A stretch of 64,000 nt of DNA from assembly GCA_032128875.1 (NCBI GenBank), contig JAVLKG010000004.1:288001-352000 (forward strand). Reading direction: 5' to 3'. The notes beneath the pieces were generated by a model. It made no database searches and was not told the DNA's origin. It saw nothing but the letters and a program-made list of their open reading frames with translations. Shown piece by piece: positions 39,944 through 49,630 of the stretch. Made by a program: the position numbers and the translations under genes. Each line of letters opens with the position of its first letter. The stretch's first letter is position 1. Origin of the DNA: Candidatus Melainabacteria bacterium 17Bon1m. Lineage in GTDB: Bacteria > Cyanobacteriota > Vampirovibrionia > Obscuribacterales > Obscuribacteraceae.

Positions 39944-40228
39944 TTAGTATTTGCGTCCGCCACCGCCTCCGCCGCCTTTCGGCTTCGGTTGAGCGATGCT
40001 TACTGCGATTTGACGACCTTCGCAATCTCTTCCATTGAGACCTTTGATGGCTGCTTCGGCTTCTGCCTGGCTGCCCATCTCAACGAATGCGAATCCCCGT
40101 TTTCTGCCGGTTTCGCGGTCGGTCGGTATGGAGCAGGACACGACGGTGCCAAATTCACCAAACAGTGACTCGAGTTCTGCTTCCGAGAGTTTAAAAGAGA
40201 GGTTACCTACGAAAAGTTTGTTATTCAT
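39944..40228 (-). CDS. RRM-domain RNA-binding protein with Gly-rich tail
   Basis: RNP2 LFVGNL, RNP1 RGFAFVEM, GGGGGGGR tail; ATG 40228. Confidence 0.95.
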   Translation of the reverse strand: MNNKLFVGNLSFKLSEAELESLFGEFGTVVSCSIPTDRETGRKRGFAFVEMGSQAEAEAAIKGLNGRDCEGRQIAVSIAQPKPKGGGGGGGRKY

Positions 40229-40555
40229 GCGAAATACCGGAAAAAAATGTGAACATTGAATCGTCATTATCGCACGCCGGCGCACATCTTCAACGCTTTT
40301 CCACTTTGATACTGCTATGTTTTGCCTAAAACTGTAGACCCCGAAACGACGTCCAGCGCTTAATCCCCTGCTGGGCGGCACTTTTGGGTAGCCAAGCGAT
40401 ACGGAAATGTCGGTTAAAATTCGTTTCGTGTTCGTACGCCCTCTAACAAGAAAAGTCCCCGAGAAACCGCGCCCGTCTGGCAGATGCTTCGATGGGCGAG
40501 CGGGTTTGTGAGCAAACTGTTAGACTTTGCCTTTATTTGGTTTTTGGTGGAAATA

Positions 40556-42721
40556 ATGGTTAGAAACAAGAATTACTATGCGGCTCTGGCGGCAAGCCTG
40601 GCAATCTGTGTATCGGTGGGAGCTGGCAGCTCTTTACAGGCTGCGTCCATAAGCCCTAAAGCACAAAAACAAACAAATCAAGAAGCAAAATTAGAGTCAA
40701 AGTCTGAGAAGAAGTCAGCAGCAAAAAATCCATCAGAGAAGGCCGCAAAGGACGATTCTTCGACAGCCTCACGAAATTTTTCCGCCAGTATGGATAAGTC
40801 CGTTTCCCCGTCAAAGGATTTTTATCAGTACGCAAATGGAACCTGGCTTAAAAACACGCCAATTCCTAATGAGTACGACAAATGGGGCGTTCTCAACATA
40901 ATCAATGACAAAAACTTGACGCTCGTTCGCACTCTTTTAGAGGATGCAGCCAAGAAGTCTTCCAAGTCGGGAACAGTCGAACAGAAAATTGGCGATTTCT
41001 ATAAAGTCGGAATGGACACAAAGAAATTAGAAGAGGATGACATCAAGCCTCTTGCCGATGAGCTGAAGCGAATTGATAACCTGAAAACTCTTGATGACCT
41101 GCGTGCTGAACTCGCACATCTGCACGGCATTGGTATTGGTGTTCTATTTTCTTTTGGATCTGGTCAAGATTTCAAAGATGCCACAAAAGTAATTGGGCAA
41201 GCAGGACAGGGCGGTCTAGGTCTGCCGGAGAGAGACTATTACTTCAATCAAGCCGACCGTTTCAAGAAGATTCGTGGCGAATATGTCAGTCATATTGCTC
41301 GAATGCTTGGACTTCTGGGAATAGAAGCCGCCGATGCGAAGACGCGCGCGCAAAAGATAATGGAGATTGAGACGCAGCTTGCTGACGCTTCAATGGACAA
41401 TATTCAACTGCGTGATCCGGAAAAAATCTATCACAAGATGAATGTGAAAGAACTGACCGAAATGACTCCGCGTTTTTCATGGCCAGTGTATTTTTCAGAA
41501 ATCGGCTACCCAGGAATCAGTGAAGTCAACGTTGGACAGCCGGATTTCTTCAAAAAACTCGATCACCAAATCTCAGCCGTGACCATGGATCATTGGAAAG
41601 ATTATCTGCGCTGGCACTTGATTGACGCAGCTTCTCCATATCTGTCATCTCGTTTTGTTGATGCTGATTTTGATTTCCATGGAAAAGTTTTGACAGGCAA
41701 AAAAGAAAATCTTCCTCGCTGGAAGCGTGTCGTCAATTCAACCAATCATGCAATTGGTGAAGCTGTCGGACAACTCTACGTGAAGACTGCATTCACGCCC
41801 GACGCTAAAGCAAAAGCTTTGAAGTTGGTCAAAAAATTGCGCGAGGTGCTGAGAGAGGATCTTGGAATTTTGGAGTGGATGGATGACACCACCCGCAAGA
41901 ACGCTATCGCCAAGCTCGATGCATTTGTAGCGAAGATTGGATATCCGGACAAATGGAGAGACTACAGCGCGCTCAAGATCAATCAGGATTCATATATATC
42001 GAATGTTTTCCGCGCAGAACAATTTGAGTTCAATCGCAATCTGGCCAAAATCGGTAAGCCTGTTGATCGCACCGAATGGCTGATGACTCCTCAAACAGTA
42101 AATGCGTATTACTGGAGCGAGATGAATGAAATTGTTTTCCCTGCCGGAATTCTCCAGCCGACAATTTTTGATCCTAAAGCTGATGATGCCACGAACCTTG
42201 GTGCGATGGGCATGGTCATCGGTCACGAGATGACCCATGGTTTTGACGACCAGGGAAGCAAATTCGATGCTCAGGGCAACATGAAAAACTGGTGGTCCGC
42301 CGGCGATGAAAAGCGCTTCAAAGAAAGAATCGCACTCATCGAAACTCAATACGATGGCTATACGGTTGATGGGGACACACATCTCAAAGGTAAATTGGTC
42401 GCCGGAGAAGCCGCGGCAGATTTAGGTGGTTTGACGATTGCATATAAAGCCTTGGAAAAAATCCTGGAAGGCAAACCGCGAGTAAAGGATGCTGAAGGAT
42501 TTACGCCTGAGCAAAGGTTCTTCTTGTCATTTGCACAAGCCTGGGCGACAAATATTCGTCCGGAGAAAGAGCACATGATGGCAGCGACAGATCCTCACCC
42601 GATTCCGAAATATCGAGTGAATGGAACACTCGCAAACATGGATGCTTTTGAAAAAGCATTTGATGTGAAAGGTGAAAACACAATGATGCTTCCGAAGAAC
42701 AAACGTTGCTACCTCTGGTAA
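40556..42721 (+). CDS. M13 family zinc metallopeptidase (neprilysin/PepO-like), secreted
   Basis: DFYQYANG.W, VNAYY, FPAGILQP, HEMTHGFDDQG, E..AD, DPH; ATG 40556 precedes the signal peptide. Confidence 0.95.
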   Translation: MVRNKNYYAALAASLAICVSVGAGSSLQAASISPKAQKQTNQEAKLESKSEKKSAAKNPSEKAAKDDSSTASRNFSASMDKSVSPSKDFYQYANGTWLKNTPIPNEYDKWGVLNIINDKNLTLVRTLLEDAAKKSSKSGTVEQKIGDFYKVGMDTKKLEEDDIKPLADELKRIDNLKTLDDLRAELAHLHGIGIGVLFSFGSGQDFKDATKVIGQAGQGGLGLPERDYYFNQADRFKKIRGEYVSHIARMLGLLGIEAADAKTRAQKIMEIETQLADASMDNIQLRDPEKIYHKMNVKELTEMTPRFSWPVYFSEIGYPGISEVNVGQPDFFKKLDHQISAVTMDHWKDYLRWHLIDAASPYLSSRFVDADFDFHGKVLTGKKENLPRWKRVVNSTNHAIGEAVGQLYVKTAFTPDAKAKALKLVKKLREVLREDLGILEWMDDTTRKNAIAKLDAFVAKIGYPDKWRDYSALKINQDSYISNVFRAEQFEFNRNLAKIGKPVDRTEWLMTPQTVNAYYWSEMNEIVFPAGILQPTIFDPKADDATNLGAMGMVIGHEMTHGFDDQGSKFDAQGNMKNWWSAGDEKRFKERIALIETQYDGYTVDGDTHLKGKLVAGEAAADLGGLTIAYKALEKILEGKPRVKDAEGFTPEQRFFLSFAQAWATNIRPEKEHMMAATDPHPIPKYRVNGTLANMDAFEKAFDVKGENTMMLPKNKRCYLW

Positions 42722-42755
42722 TAACGTAAGTTTTTGCATATCGAATACATATAGT

Positions 42756-42789
42756 GCGAGCGGGGGAATTTCTGAAAACCCCTGCTCGT
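42756..42789 (+). terminator. Probable terminator hairpin after the M13 peptidase
   Basis: GCGAGCGGGG ... CCCTGCTCGT stem; weak T-tract. Confidence 0.45.
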
Positions 42790-42857
42790 GCCCTTTATGG
42801 CAAAAATTGCAAACGAGATTGCAAACCTAAAACCGTGATGTCAAGCAGGAAAGCGCT

Positions 42858-42883
42858 GGAACTTTATCTCGTCACTCGTGTCA
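42858..42883 (+). promoter_or_regulatory. Putative ECF-sigma promoter GGAAC-N17-GTCA
   Basis: Same motif and spacing as other intergenic sites in this window. Confidence 0.55.
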
Positions 42884-42958
42884 TTAGGCACAGGTGAGAC
42901 GAAAGCGGCGTCGAGGATGTTGACGATGACGTTGCATCCAACGAAGCGAGGAGGACCA

Positions 42959-43216
42959 ATGAGAATGCACATGAATCAACAAGATAACGATTTGATGAGT
43001 GTTGAGCACTCCTCTTCTCATTTGTTAGACGCTCTCAAAAGCATTTTTACAGAGATGTTTTCAACCAATGAGGGGTCTCAAGACAAAGCTCTAGATCTAC
43101 TGCAAGACTCCAAAGGCTTTGACCCTGTGAAAAATCCTCAGAGTTTGGTATTTCCTAGACCAGTTATCAAAGAACGCACTCCAGACAAACGTTTACCTGT
43201 TCGTAAGGCAGCGTAG
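42959..43216 (+). CDS. Small hypothetical protein
   Basis: Strong SD GAGGAGG just before ATG 42959/42965; downstream of the putative ECF promoter. Confidence 0.6.
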   Translation: MRMHMNQQDNDLMSVEHSSSHLLDALKSIFTEMFSTNEGSQDKALDLLQDSKGFDPVKNPQSLVFPRPVIKERTPDKRLPVRKAA

Positions 43217-43394
43217 TTACAGCGAGTCAGCCTGTCTGGATGATGGTTGTTGAGTAGATAGCGGCGGCAAGTCGGCAAGAAGCGATTTTGCCGCCCGCAG
43301 AAAGAATTTGTCGGCTGATAATCGACGGAGATGTACCTGGGCTGCTAAGCTTGAAGGGTAGGCTTTGCCTGCTCTGAAGCTCTAGTGTGTTCAG

Positions 43395-46247
43395 ATGAGT
43401 ACGGACCCTCAAAGTGATCCCCACTACGTTCTCCAAGAACTGGAGAATGCAAAGCAGGTTTATGGTGGTGGCAATTATGCCGCTGCCGAACCATTACTGC
43501 GGGAAGTTTTTGAGAAGCTGCAAGCTCATCCCGAGGGCATGGCCTTTTGTGCCGAGTCTCTGTCGGAGATTTATACAGCTTGGGGAAAATTTTCCGAAGC
43601 GATTAAACTCAATCAGCGCTTCATCAATTTAACAGCACCGCAGCCCAACCATAATGTCACAGCAATTGGCTTGGCGCTTGAACGCATTGCCGCTGTCAGT
43701 CTGAAAGTCGGAAAGCAAGAACAATCTGAAAAGTTGAACAGACTTGCTGCTTCAGTGAAGGCAGGAAAAGTAGACGTAACCACGTTGGTCACTGATAAAG
43801 GCAAGATCCCAAACGCACCACCGACGACAGAACACACGTATACATTCCGTGCTTTGAGTCCAGACTCTCCTCCTCCCCCTCAACCTTCTGCTCCAGTTGC
43901 TGCTTCTTCTGATGTGCTATCAAAGCCAATTAAAGAAACGGCAATGTTTTCCAAACCGAATTTACCGGCGCAATCAGATATAGCAGCAGCCACACCGCCT
44001 GCGGTGGCACCTGCTGCTCCACAGCCTGCAGTGCCGACCGCTCCTACAGTTTCTTCAGTTCTCCCGTCTGCGCAACCGACGTCCGGGCTACCGCCAGCAC
44101 CTCAGGCACCAGCACCAACGCCAACGCCAACGCCAACGCCAACGGTGCCCACTCCAGCTGCACCATTTTCTTCGCCACAAATGCCTGCTGCACAGCCTGG
44201 ACCAGCTTCGCCACAACCGGCGGGGACTCCGCTGGCAGCATATACACCGCCAACTGCGCCTCCGGCGCCCTCAGCTGGTACAACACCTTCAGCTGATGTT
44301 CTGTCAAAACCCATAAAAGAGACAGCGATGTTCTCCCGCCCGTCTTTACCAGCACAAACAGCGATTCCTGCTGTTGCTGCTGGTCAAATGGGTGACGTTG
44401 CTGATTTCGCTGACTTCGATGAAGAGATCCCGGTAGATTCGACTTCTACTTCTGGCTCTCATCCTGCAGTTTCGCAAACATCTGCAGTTTTCCAAGCACC
44501 AGAAGTGCCACCATTATCTTCGCCATCACCAGTTACGCCACCGCAAACGGTACCAGCTCCAATTGCGGCACCACCGTCAGTTCAAGAGCCCTCAGTAGAA
44601 TCTGCCGGGGATGATTGGAGTCAAATGGAGTCTGACGATTGGGGGCAACCGCAAGAGCCGGAAGCCGACGGATGGGGAGCTGCCGAACCAGCTGATCATC
44701 AGGAGTTCGGGCAGCAAGAACAATTCAATTCTCCATCTCAACCTCAGGTTCAATCGCAGCCTGTTGCATTCTCTCCTCAACCTCCAGCTCTCAGCGGCCC
44801 CCACAGTCCACAATTTCAAGCTCCGCAGCCGTCCAGCTCTGAACCGTCATTTCCTGCTCCGGAGCCTCATTTTTCGCCCGAGTCAGCAGCGGCTCCAGCT
44901 TCATTTGAAGCACCCGCTGCGGATCTCAGTACTGCATCCGGCTCGGGTAATTTTGATGCTCAATTCGATCCTGCCGAGCTCAACGCAATTGACTCGCAAA
45001 GGGCATCTTCGGCAACAAATGCCGCGTCGAGTGCTCGTTCTATAAGGTCAATGTCTTCTCGCAACATGGCGGCCCCGCCTGTTGCAAGCGGCCCGGACAT
45101 GGGCGGTCTAATGGGCATGATTGCTAGTATGTTTGTAGGAAAGCGAGATCCCGATCAACCTGTTCAGCAGTTGGTTGATCCGAGCACCACCTCTGCAAAC
45201 GCTGCCGGTGCACTACTAGTAGTGGCGGCGATCTTCATTGGTGGTTTTTACTGTCTCTATAATTTCATTCCGAGAAAATTGACGCCTGAGCAAGCTTATC
45301 TAGCAATTCAGCACAAATATGTCTCCGTTGATTCATCAAAGACTTTCAATTTGTTGGATGAGTCAACCTGCGAATTCACTGTTGGTGAAAACAAGCTCAA
45401 GGCAAGGTTGAAGTTTTACCTCGACGACTGGCGCGATGCGCTTGATCTCTCGCTGGGTAAAGCTGGGCAGAAACAGTTTCTTATGATCAAGTCGGATGAC
45501 GGCTTGGTGGATGAGAACGAAGCCAGATTGTACTTGCATGGCGGTCCTGAAATTCAAATCGCTAATAAGCTAGATATCGTTGGTCAGTATGCCGGATTGG
45601 TTTTTACAAGAACCAAGAAGTATCCGACTAGCGGTGATCTAATGGGCGGTGCTGCTGATCTTCACTATTTGAATCCATATAGCAAAAAGAGAGAAGTTCC
45701 GTCTTTCCACTCTATTGTGGTTGGAAAAGGCTTAACAGTCTCTCTTGATGCTGATCACGCTCGTACAAAGTTTTACGATGATCTTCTTGCCGGACAGATT
45801 CCAAAAGACACTCCGAAGGCACACCCTGGCGAGATTCGCTGCTATGCAGTTGATTTCTTGAGCCCTCGCGGAAACATTCAAGCGTTTATCGTTCAGATAA
45901 TAGGTAAAGACGGCAAACCCGTAGGCAGTGCGAAAGCAAGAACGGCATATCTGTACGCGCTTGAAGATGGCAAGGAGTATAAGCCGATTGGGCCAGCGCA
46001 ATTGCCTTACAACGGGGAACAAGGTCTGCGACCGATTGTTGTCTGGCTTTTAATGGATAAACTCGACTCCAACTTTGTCCTTCTTTTGACAATGGCTCCA
46101 GTAGTGGTGTTCACAATATTATCGTTCGTGTTTTTGGTCCTGTCCTTTTTGATCCCGAGAGGATTGGGACGTGCAGTTGCCGTCATGCTGTTGGCTGCAT
46201 GCGCGATCCCCGCATTGACGTTCTGTTTTGCGAAATTCTTGCCTTAG
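43395..46247 (+). CDS. Large membrane protein: N-terminal TPR, long Pro/Ala/Ser-rich region, TM helix, extracytoplasmic domain, two C-terminal TM helices
   Basis: 950-aa ORF; domain layout read from composition; (CCAACG)5 at 44115-44144 encodes PTPTPTPTPT. Confidence 0.8.
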   Translation: MSTDPQSDPHYVLQELENAKQVYGGGNYAAAEPLLREVFEKLQAHPEGMAFCAESLSEIYTAWGKFSEAIKLNQRFINLTAPQPNHNVTAIGLALERIAAVSLKVGKQEQSEKLNRLAASVKAGKVDVTTLVTDKGKIPNAPPTTEHTYTFRALSPDSPPPPQPSAPVAASSDVLSKPIKETAMFSKPNLPAQSDIAAATPPAVAPAAPQPAVPTAPTVSSVLPSAQPTSGLPPAPQAPAPTPTPTPTPTVPTPAAPFSSPQMPAAQPGPASPQPAGTPLAAYTPPTAPPAPSAGTTPSADVLSKPIKETAMFSRPSLPAQTAIPAVAAGQMGDVADFADFDEEIPVDSTSTSGSHPAVSQTSAVFQAPEVPPLSSPSPVTPPQTVPAPIAAPPSVQEPSVESAGDDWSQMESDDWGQPQEPEADGWGAAEPADHQEFGQQEQFNSPSQPQVQSQPVAFSPQPPALSGPHSPQFQAPQPSSSEPSFPAPEPHFSPESAAAPASFEAPAADLSTASGSGNFDAQFDPAELNAIDSQRASSATNAASSARSIRSMSSRNMAAPPVASGPDMGGLMGMIASMFVGKRDPDQPVQQLVDPSTTSANAAGALLVVAAIFIGGFYCLYNFIPRKLTPEQAYLAIQHKYVSVDSSKTFNLLDESTCEFTVGENKLKARLKFYLDDWRDALDLSLGKAGQKQFLMIKSDDGLVDENEARLYLHGGPEIQIANKLDIVGQYAGLVFTRTKKYPTSGDLMGGAADLHYLNPYSKKREVPSFHSIVVGKGLTVSLDADHARTKFYDDLLAGQIPKDTPKAHPGEIRCYAVDFLSPRGNIQAFIVQIIGKDGKPVGSAKARTAYLYALEDGKEYKPIGPAQLPYNGEQGLRPIVVWLLMDKLDSNFVLLLTMAPVVVFTILSFVFLVLSFLIPRGLGRAVAVMLLAACAIPALTFCFAKFLP

Positions 46248-46741
46248 GGTTGCTGCAACTGAATTCGTTCGACCACAACTGCTGTTCCGTAGCAGACGAT
46301 TTCAGTGCCAAAGTCATTGCTGCCGCCCTGAAATGCGTCTGAGTCATATTTGACACCAACTATTGCATTGGCACCTCTGGTTAATGCTTGTTGCACCATC
46401 CCGTCGTAAGCGCCTTGGCGACCTGTTTCGCAGTTACGAATGTAAGCGTTGACCTTGCCGCCGAACATACCCTGAAAACCAGCTTTGAATTGCTGAATGG
46501 TATTAGGTTCGCGCACCATAACACCGCGGACGATACCACGATATTCTTTGATTCTAAAACCCTCCAGCGATGGCGTCGTGGACACGATGATTCCGCCTGC
46601 CGTATTGGAACTGTCGATCGTTGCTTGGGCGACAGTATTTTGAGCGAGGACGGATTTTTTTGTCGACTCATCGGCGTTCGTAGGCAAAGTGCAAATGATG
46701 CTGGCGATTGCCAAAAGGAGAGCAAAACCGGATTTTCTCAT
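46244..46741 (-). CDS. YbjQ/UPF0145 family protein with signal peptide
   Basis: IVSTTPSLEG.RI.EY.G.V.G, GANAIVGV.YD, YGTAV. Confidence 0.9.
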   Translation of the reverse strand: MRKSGFALLLAIASIICTLPTNADESTKKSVLAQNTVAQATIDSSNTAGGIIVSTTPSLEGFRIKEYRGIVRGVMVREPNTIQQFKAGFQGMFGGKVNAYIRNCETGRQGAYDGMVQQALTRGANAIVGVKYDSDAFQGGSNDFGTEIVCYGTAVVVERIQLQQP

Positions 46742-46947
46742 AGCGGTACCTTTCGTTATCTTCTCGACTGCCCTTCCGACCAGTCTGGTGGGTCGTCGAA
46801 ATTATAAGCTATCTTCTGTGATTCATGCCAAGAGGTGTGCCAAAGTGGCTTCTAACGTATGAAAAGTCAAGCTCTGATAGCATTAGTAGGTTACTGTGTG
46901 CGGCTGTCAGCCGTCTAGAATTCGAAGCTCGGTGGTCAGGTTATTCG

Positions 46948-49626
46948 ATGGCTCTGCCTCATCAAGTGCCTTTATTCAAAGCCCTGGATGCTGTAGACAA
47001 CCAGGATTTTGATACCGCTGAGAAAGAAATCAACCATTTTTTCACCGCTCTGGAGAACGACCCGATCGCCATTGACTGTCGTAGGCAGCATTTTGAACGT
47101 CAGGTTTTCGAAGCGGATTTCTTGAGCATTTTGACTAAAGAGGAAATTGACGCCTGGGGCATTCTGGCGTCGATCAAACTATCACGCTCTGATCTCGATG
47201 GAGCGCGTGCTGACTGCTATCGAATGATTGAGCTTATCGACCAATATTATGGTTTTGACACGCCGTCATGGGATTCGCCCGAAGCTCGAATTCCAATTAA
47301 TCCGGAATTGATGAGTCGATACTTTCAAATTGCCAGCTATCTCACAGAGATCTACGAAGCTCAGGATGATCTGGAAATGAGCAAGCGCTGGGCTAATGTT
47401 CGCAAGACCGCGGTCTCCGACATTCAACATCCTGATGAAGTCTGGGGGCGTTGGATTTCCGATGAAAATCCTCCCGGAGCCGTCGGAATTACTATCTATG
47501 AATTTTCGGATTGGCAGATTGAAAAACGCACCGTAGACGGAAAAGACTGGTTGATTAACATCTATCGCTCGTTGAGTGAGCGCGTTTCACCACTGGAGAT
47601 GAACTGGTTGGTGGCGATTCATATACCAACAGATAATCTGGCCGATGTGCCATCAAAAGCGATGCGCTGGAAAATTTGGAGTCTTCGTCTGGCAATTGCA
47701 TCGCGCATGCATAAGGCAGGGGTAGGCGCGTATTTTGGTGAACTGCAGACGCGTGGAGAGCGCGTCTTACTTTACTATGCCAGTGGCGATGAAGATGCGC
47801 GTGCTGCGATCGGACGTATTCTCGAAGAAGCTTCTGAATTGAATCCTATTCTTGAAATTCGACACGATGAAGGTTGGAGAGAATACTCGAAATGGGGAAA
47901 TAGCGCCGTTATAGTAACTTCACCAACAGCGGTGGCTATGCCAGAGCCGCGTGAAGATGAACATGAGAATGACAAGCTTCTGAGGGGTATTTGGTCGGCT
48001 TGCGAGTCTATTCATGATGCGATGAGTCGACTGTATGCGCTTGTAAACGACTGCGCGAAAGTACCGCCGCAAGGACAGGATTTCAAACGCTTTTGTATTG
48101 AATACCTCTTCGGCTTGAAGGACAAACTGTCCAATAAAGATCGAACAATGGCGCTTGTGCATTTGATGTGGAATTTGCCCAAGATTGATCCTGATGCATC
48201 GATTCGCGCATTTGACGAGCTTTGGGTAGAGCCGTATCCGACAGAAGACGACACAACACTGAATTTGGCTGCTTGTGCATTTGCTGATGTTGCTCCGCTA
48301 AAAGCTCTGGAAATTGCGCAGTTTTTGAAAACCAGGAATTATTCGATAGTGCACACAGCACTGGCGAAAGTCGCTCAAAAATTGGCTGAGACTGATCCCA
48401 AGAAAGCAATGGAAATTGCGCAAGACGCTCGTATTGGAATAATCGAGGGTGCGGATTCAGAATTTGGTAAAGCCAGTTTTCTCATGGAATTAGCAGGCGA
48501 TGTCGCCGAGTTGTCTCCTGAATTTGCACGTGAGCTATTGATAGAAGCAGAAGCATACATGCATGATATTGACGCCTTTGAGGTGAAGGATCAGGCTTAC
48601 ATAAGTTTGTTACACCTTACTCAAAAACATGCTTGCGATAAATTGCCCGAATTCTCCAAGCGCGCCGTAGAAAATTGCATCAAATTGGAAGTGGATGATC
48701 CAAATGATTTCTGGGGTTTTGGCGGACCAAGAAGAGCAATTCTCTCGCAGACTTTGCTGGTGCCGTTTGTAGCTACATACGATCAAGATGAAGCACTGAA
48801 TTTGTTGAACCGTGCCTTCAATCTTTTGAACGATATTGATGAAGATGCGTTTGGTCGAATACTGCATCTTTCCAACATCGCTGAAGCTGCAGCCGTCCTT
48901 GATCATACGGCTAACAAGTCGCTGGCTGAGGACGTCTGGTCAGAGCTGACAAAAAGCATGGAAAGTGTAAGCGCGCAAGATTCTTACTTCTTGAGCCAGC
49001 GATTAGAAGCAGGCGCAAATAGTCCAATTATTCCTTTTGTACTTATGAATCCATCGGTGGCTGATGAGCGTTTTACCTCTGTCATCAAAGTGTGCAATTC
49101 CGTAACCTTGCCTGAACGAGTGGTTACGCTGATGTGCACATTTGCTGCGGTTTTTAACCAACATTTTCCCCGAAGGACGAAAGAGCTAATAGCGCTTGCT
49201 TCAGAGAGAGCGCCTGAATGTTCTTCTGAGCAATTGTGTGTCAAATCGTGCATGCAAGTGGTGGCAACAATGGATAGAGTAAACCTGCTATCCGACAATG
49301 AATTCGATCATGTGCTCGGTATGATTCGCAACAACAATGATGAATCCGTCAAGTTTCATTTATTGCTGGAGTGCTCAGCATTGCTCTCGTCGACGTCTCC
49401 TGCGAAGTGCGCGACCTTACTTGATGATGCCACCAAAATTTTTGAGTCTAATGAAATAGAACTCGGCGATGCGATCGAGTTGATAAAACAATTACCAGCT
49501 CGACAGTGCAGCAAGTTATTGTTCATGATCTTGGACAAGCATAAGAACGAATCACAGCGCAGAGCTGCCTTGAGTTGGCTATCCAATCAATTTGGTAAAG
49601 AAGGCGCAGAAGATATTCGACCTTAA
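46948..49626 (+). CDS. Hypothetical protein with DUF695-like domain and long helical repeats
   Basis: G.YFG.....G.R...YY ... D.GW.EY DUF695-like segment; HEAT/TPR-like remainder; ORF is open from 46825. Confidence 0.7.
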   Translation: MALPHQVPLFKALDAVDNQDFDTAEKEINHFFTALENDPIAIDCRRQHFERQVFEADFLSILTKEEIDAWGILASIKLSRSDLDGARADCYRMIELIDQYYGFDTPSWDSPEARIPINPELMSRYFQIASYLTEIYEAQDDLEMSKRWANVRKTAVSDIQHPDEVWGRWISDENPPGAVGITIYEFSDWQIEKRTVDGKDWLINIYRSLSERVSPLEMNWLVAIHIPTDNLADVPSKAMRWKIWSLRLAIASRMHKAGVGAYFGELQTRGERVLLYYASGDEDARAAIGRILEEASELNPILEIRHDEGWREYSKWGNSAVIVTSPTAVAMPEPREDEHENDKLLRGIWSACESIHDAMSRLYALVNDCAKVPPQGQDFKRFCIEYLFGLKDKLSNKDRTMALVHLMWNLPKIDPDASIRAFDELWVEPYPTEDDTTLNLAACAFADVAPLKALEIAQFLKTRNYSIVHTALAKVAQKLAETDPKKAMEIAQDARIGIIEGADSEFGKASFLMELAGDVAELSPEFARELLIEAEAYMHDIDAFEVKDQAYISLLHLTQKHACDKLPEFSKRAVENCIKLEVDDPNDFWGFGGPRRAILSQTLLVPFVATYDQDEALNLLNRAFNLLNDIDEDAFGRILHLSNIAEAAAVLDHTANKSLAEDVWSELTKSMESVSAQDSYFLSQRLEAGANSPIIPFVLMNPSVADERFTSVIKVCNSVTLPERVVTLMCTFAAVFNQHFPRRTKELIALASERAPECSSEQLCVKSCMQVVATMDRVNLLSDNEFDHVLGMIRNNNDESVKFHLLLECSALLSSTSPAKCATLLDDATKIFESNEIELGDAIELIKQLPARQCSKLLFMILDKHKNESQRRAALSWLSNQFGKEGAEDIRP

Positions 49627-49630
49627 CGCC

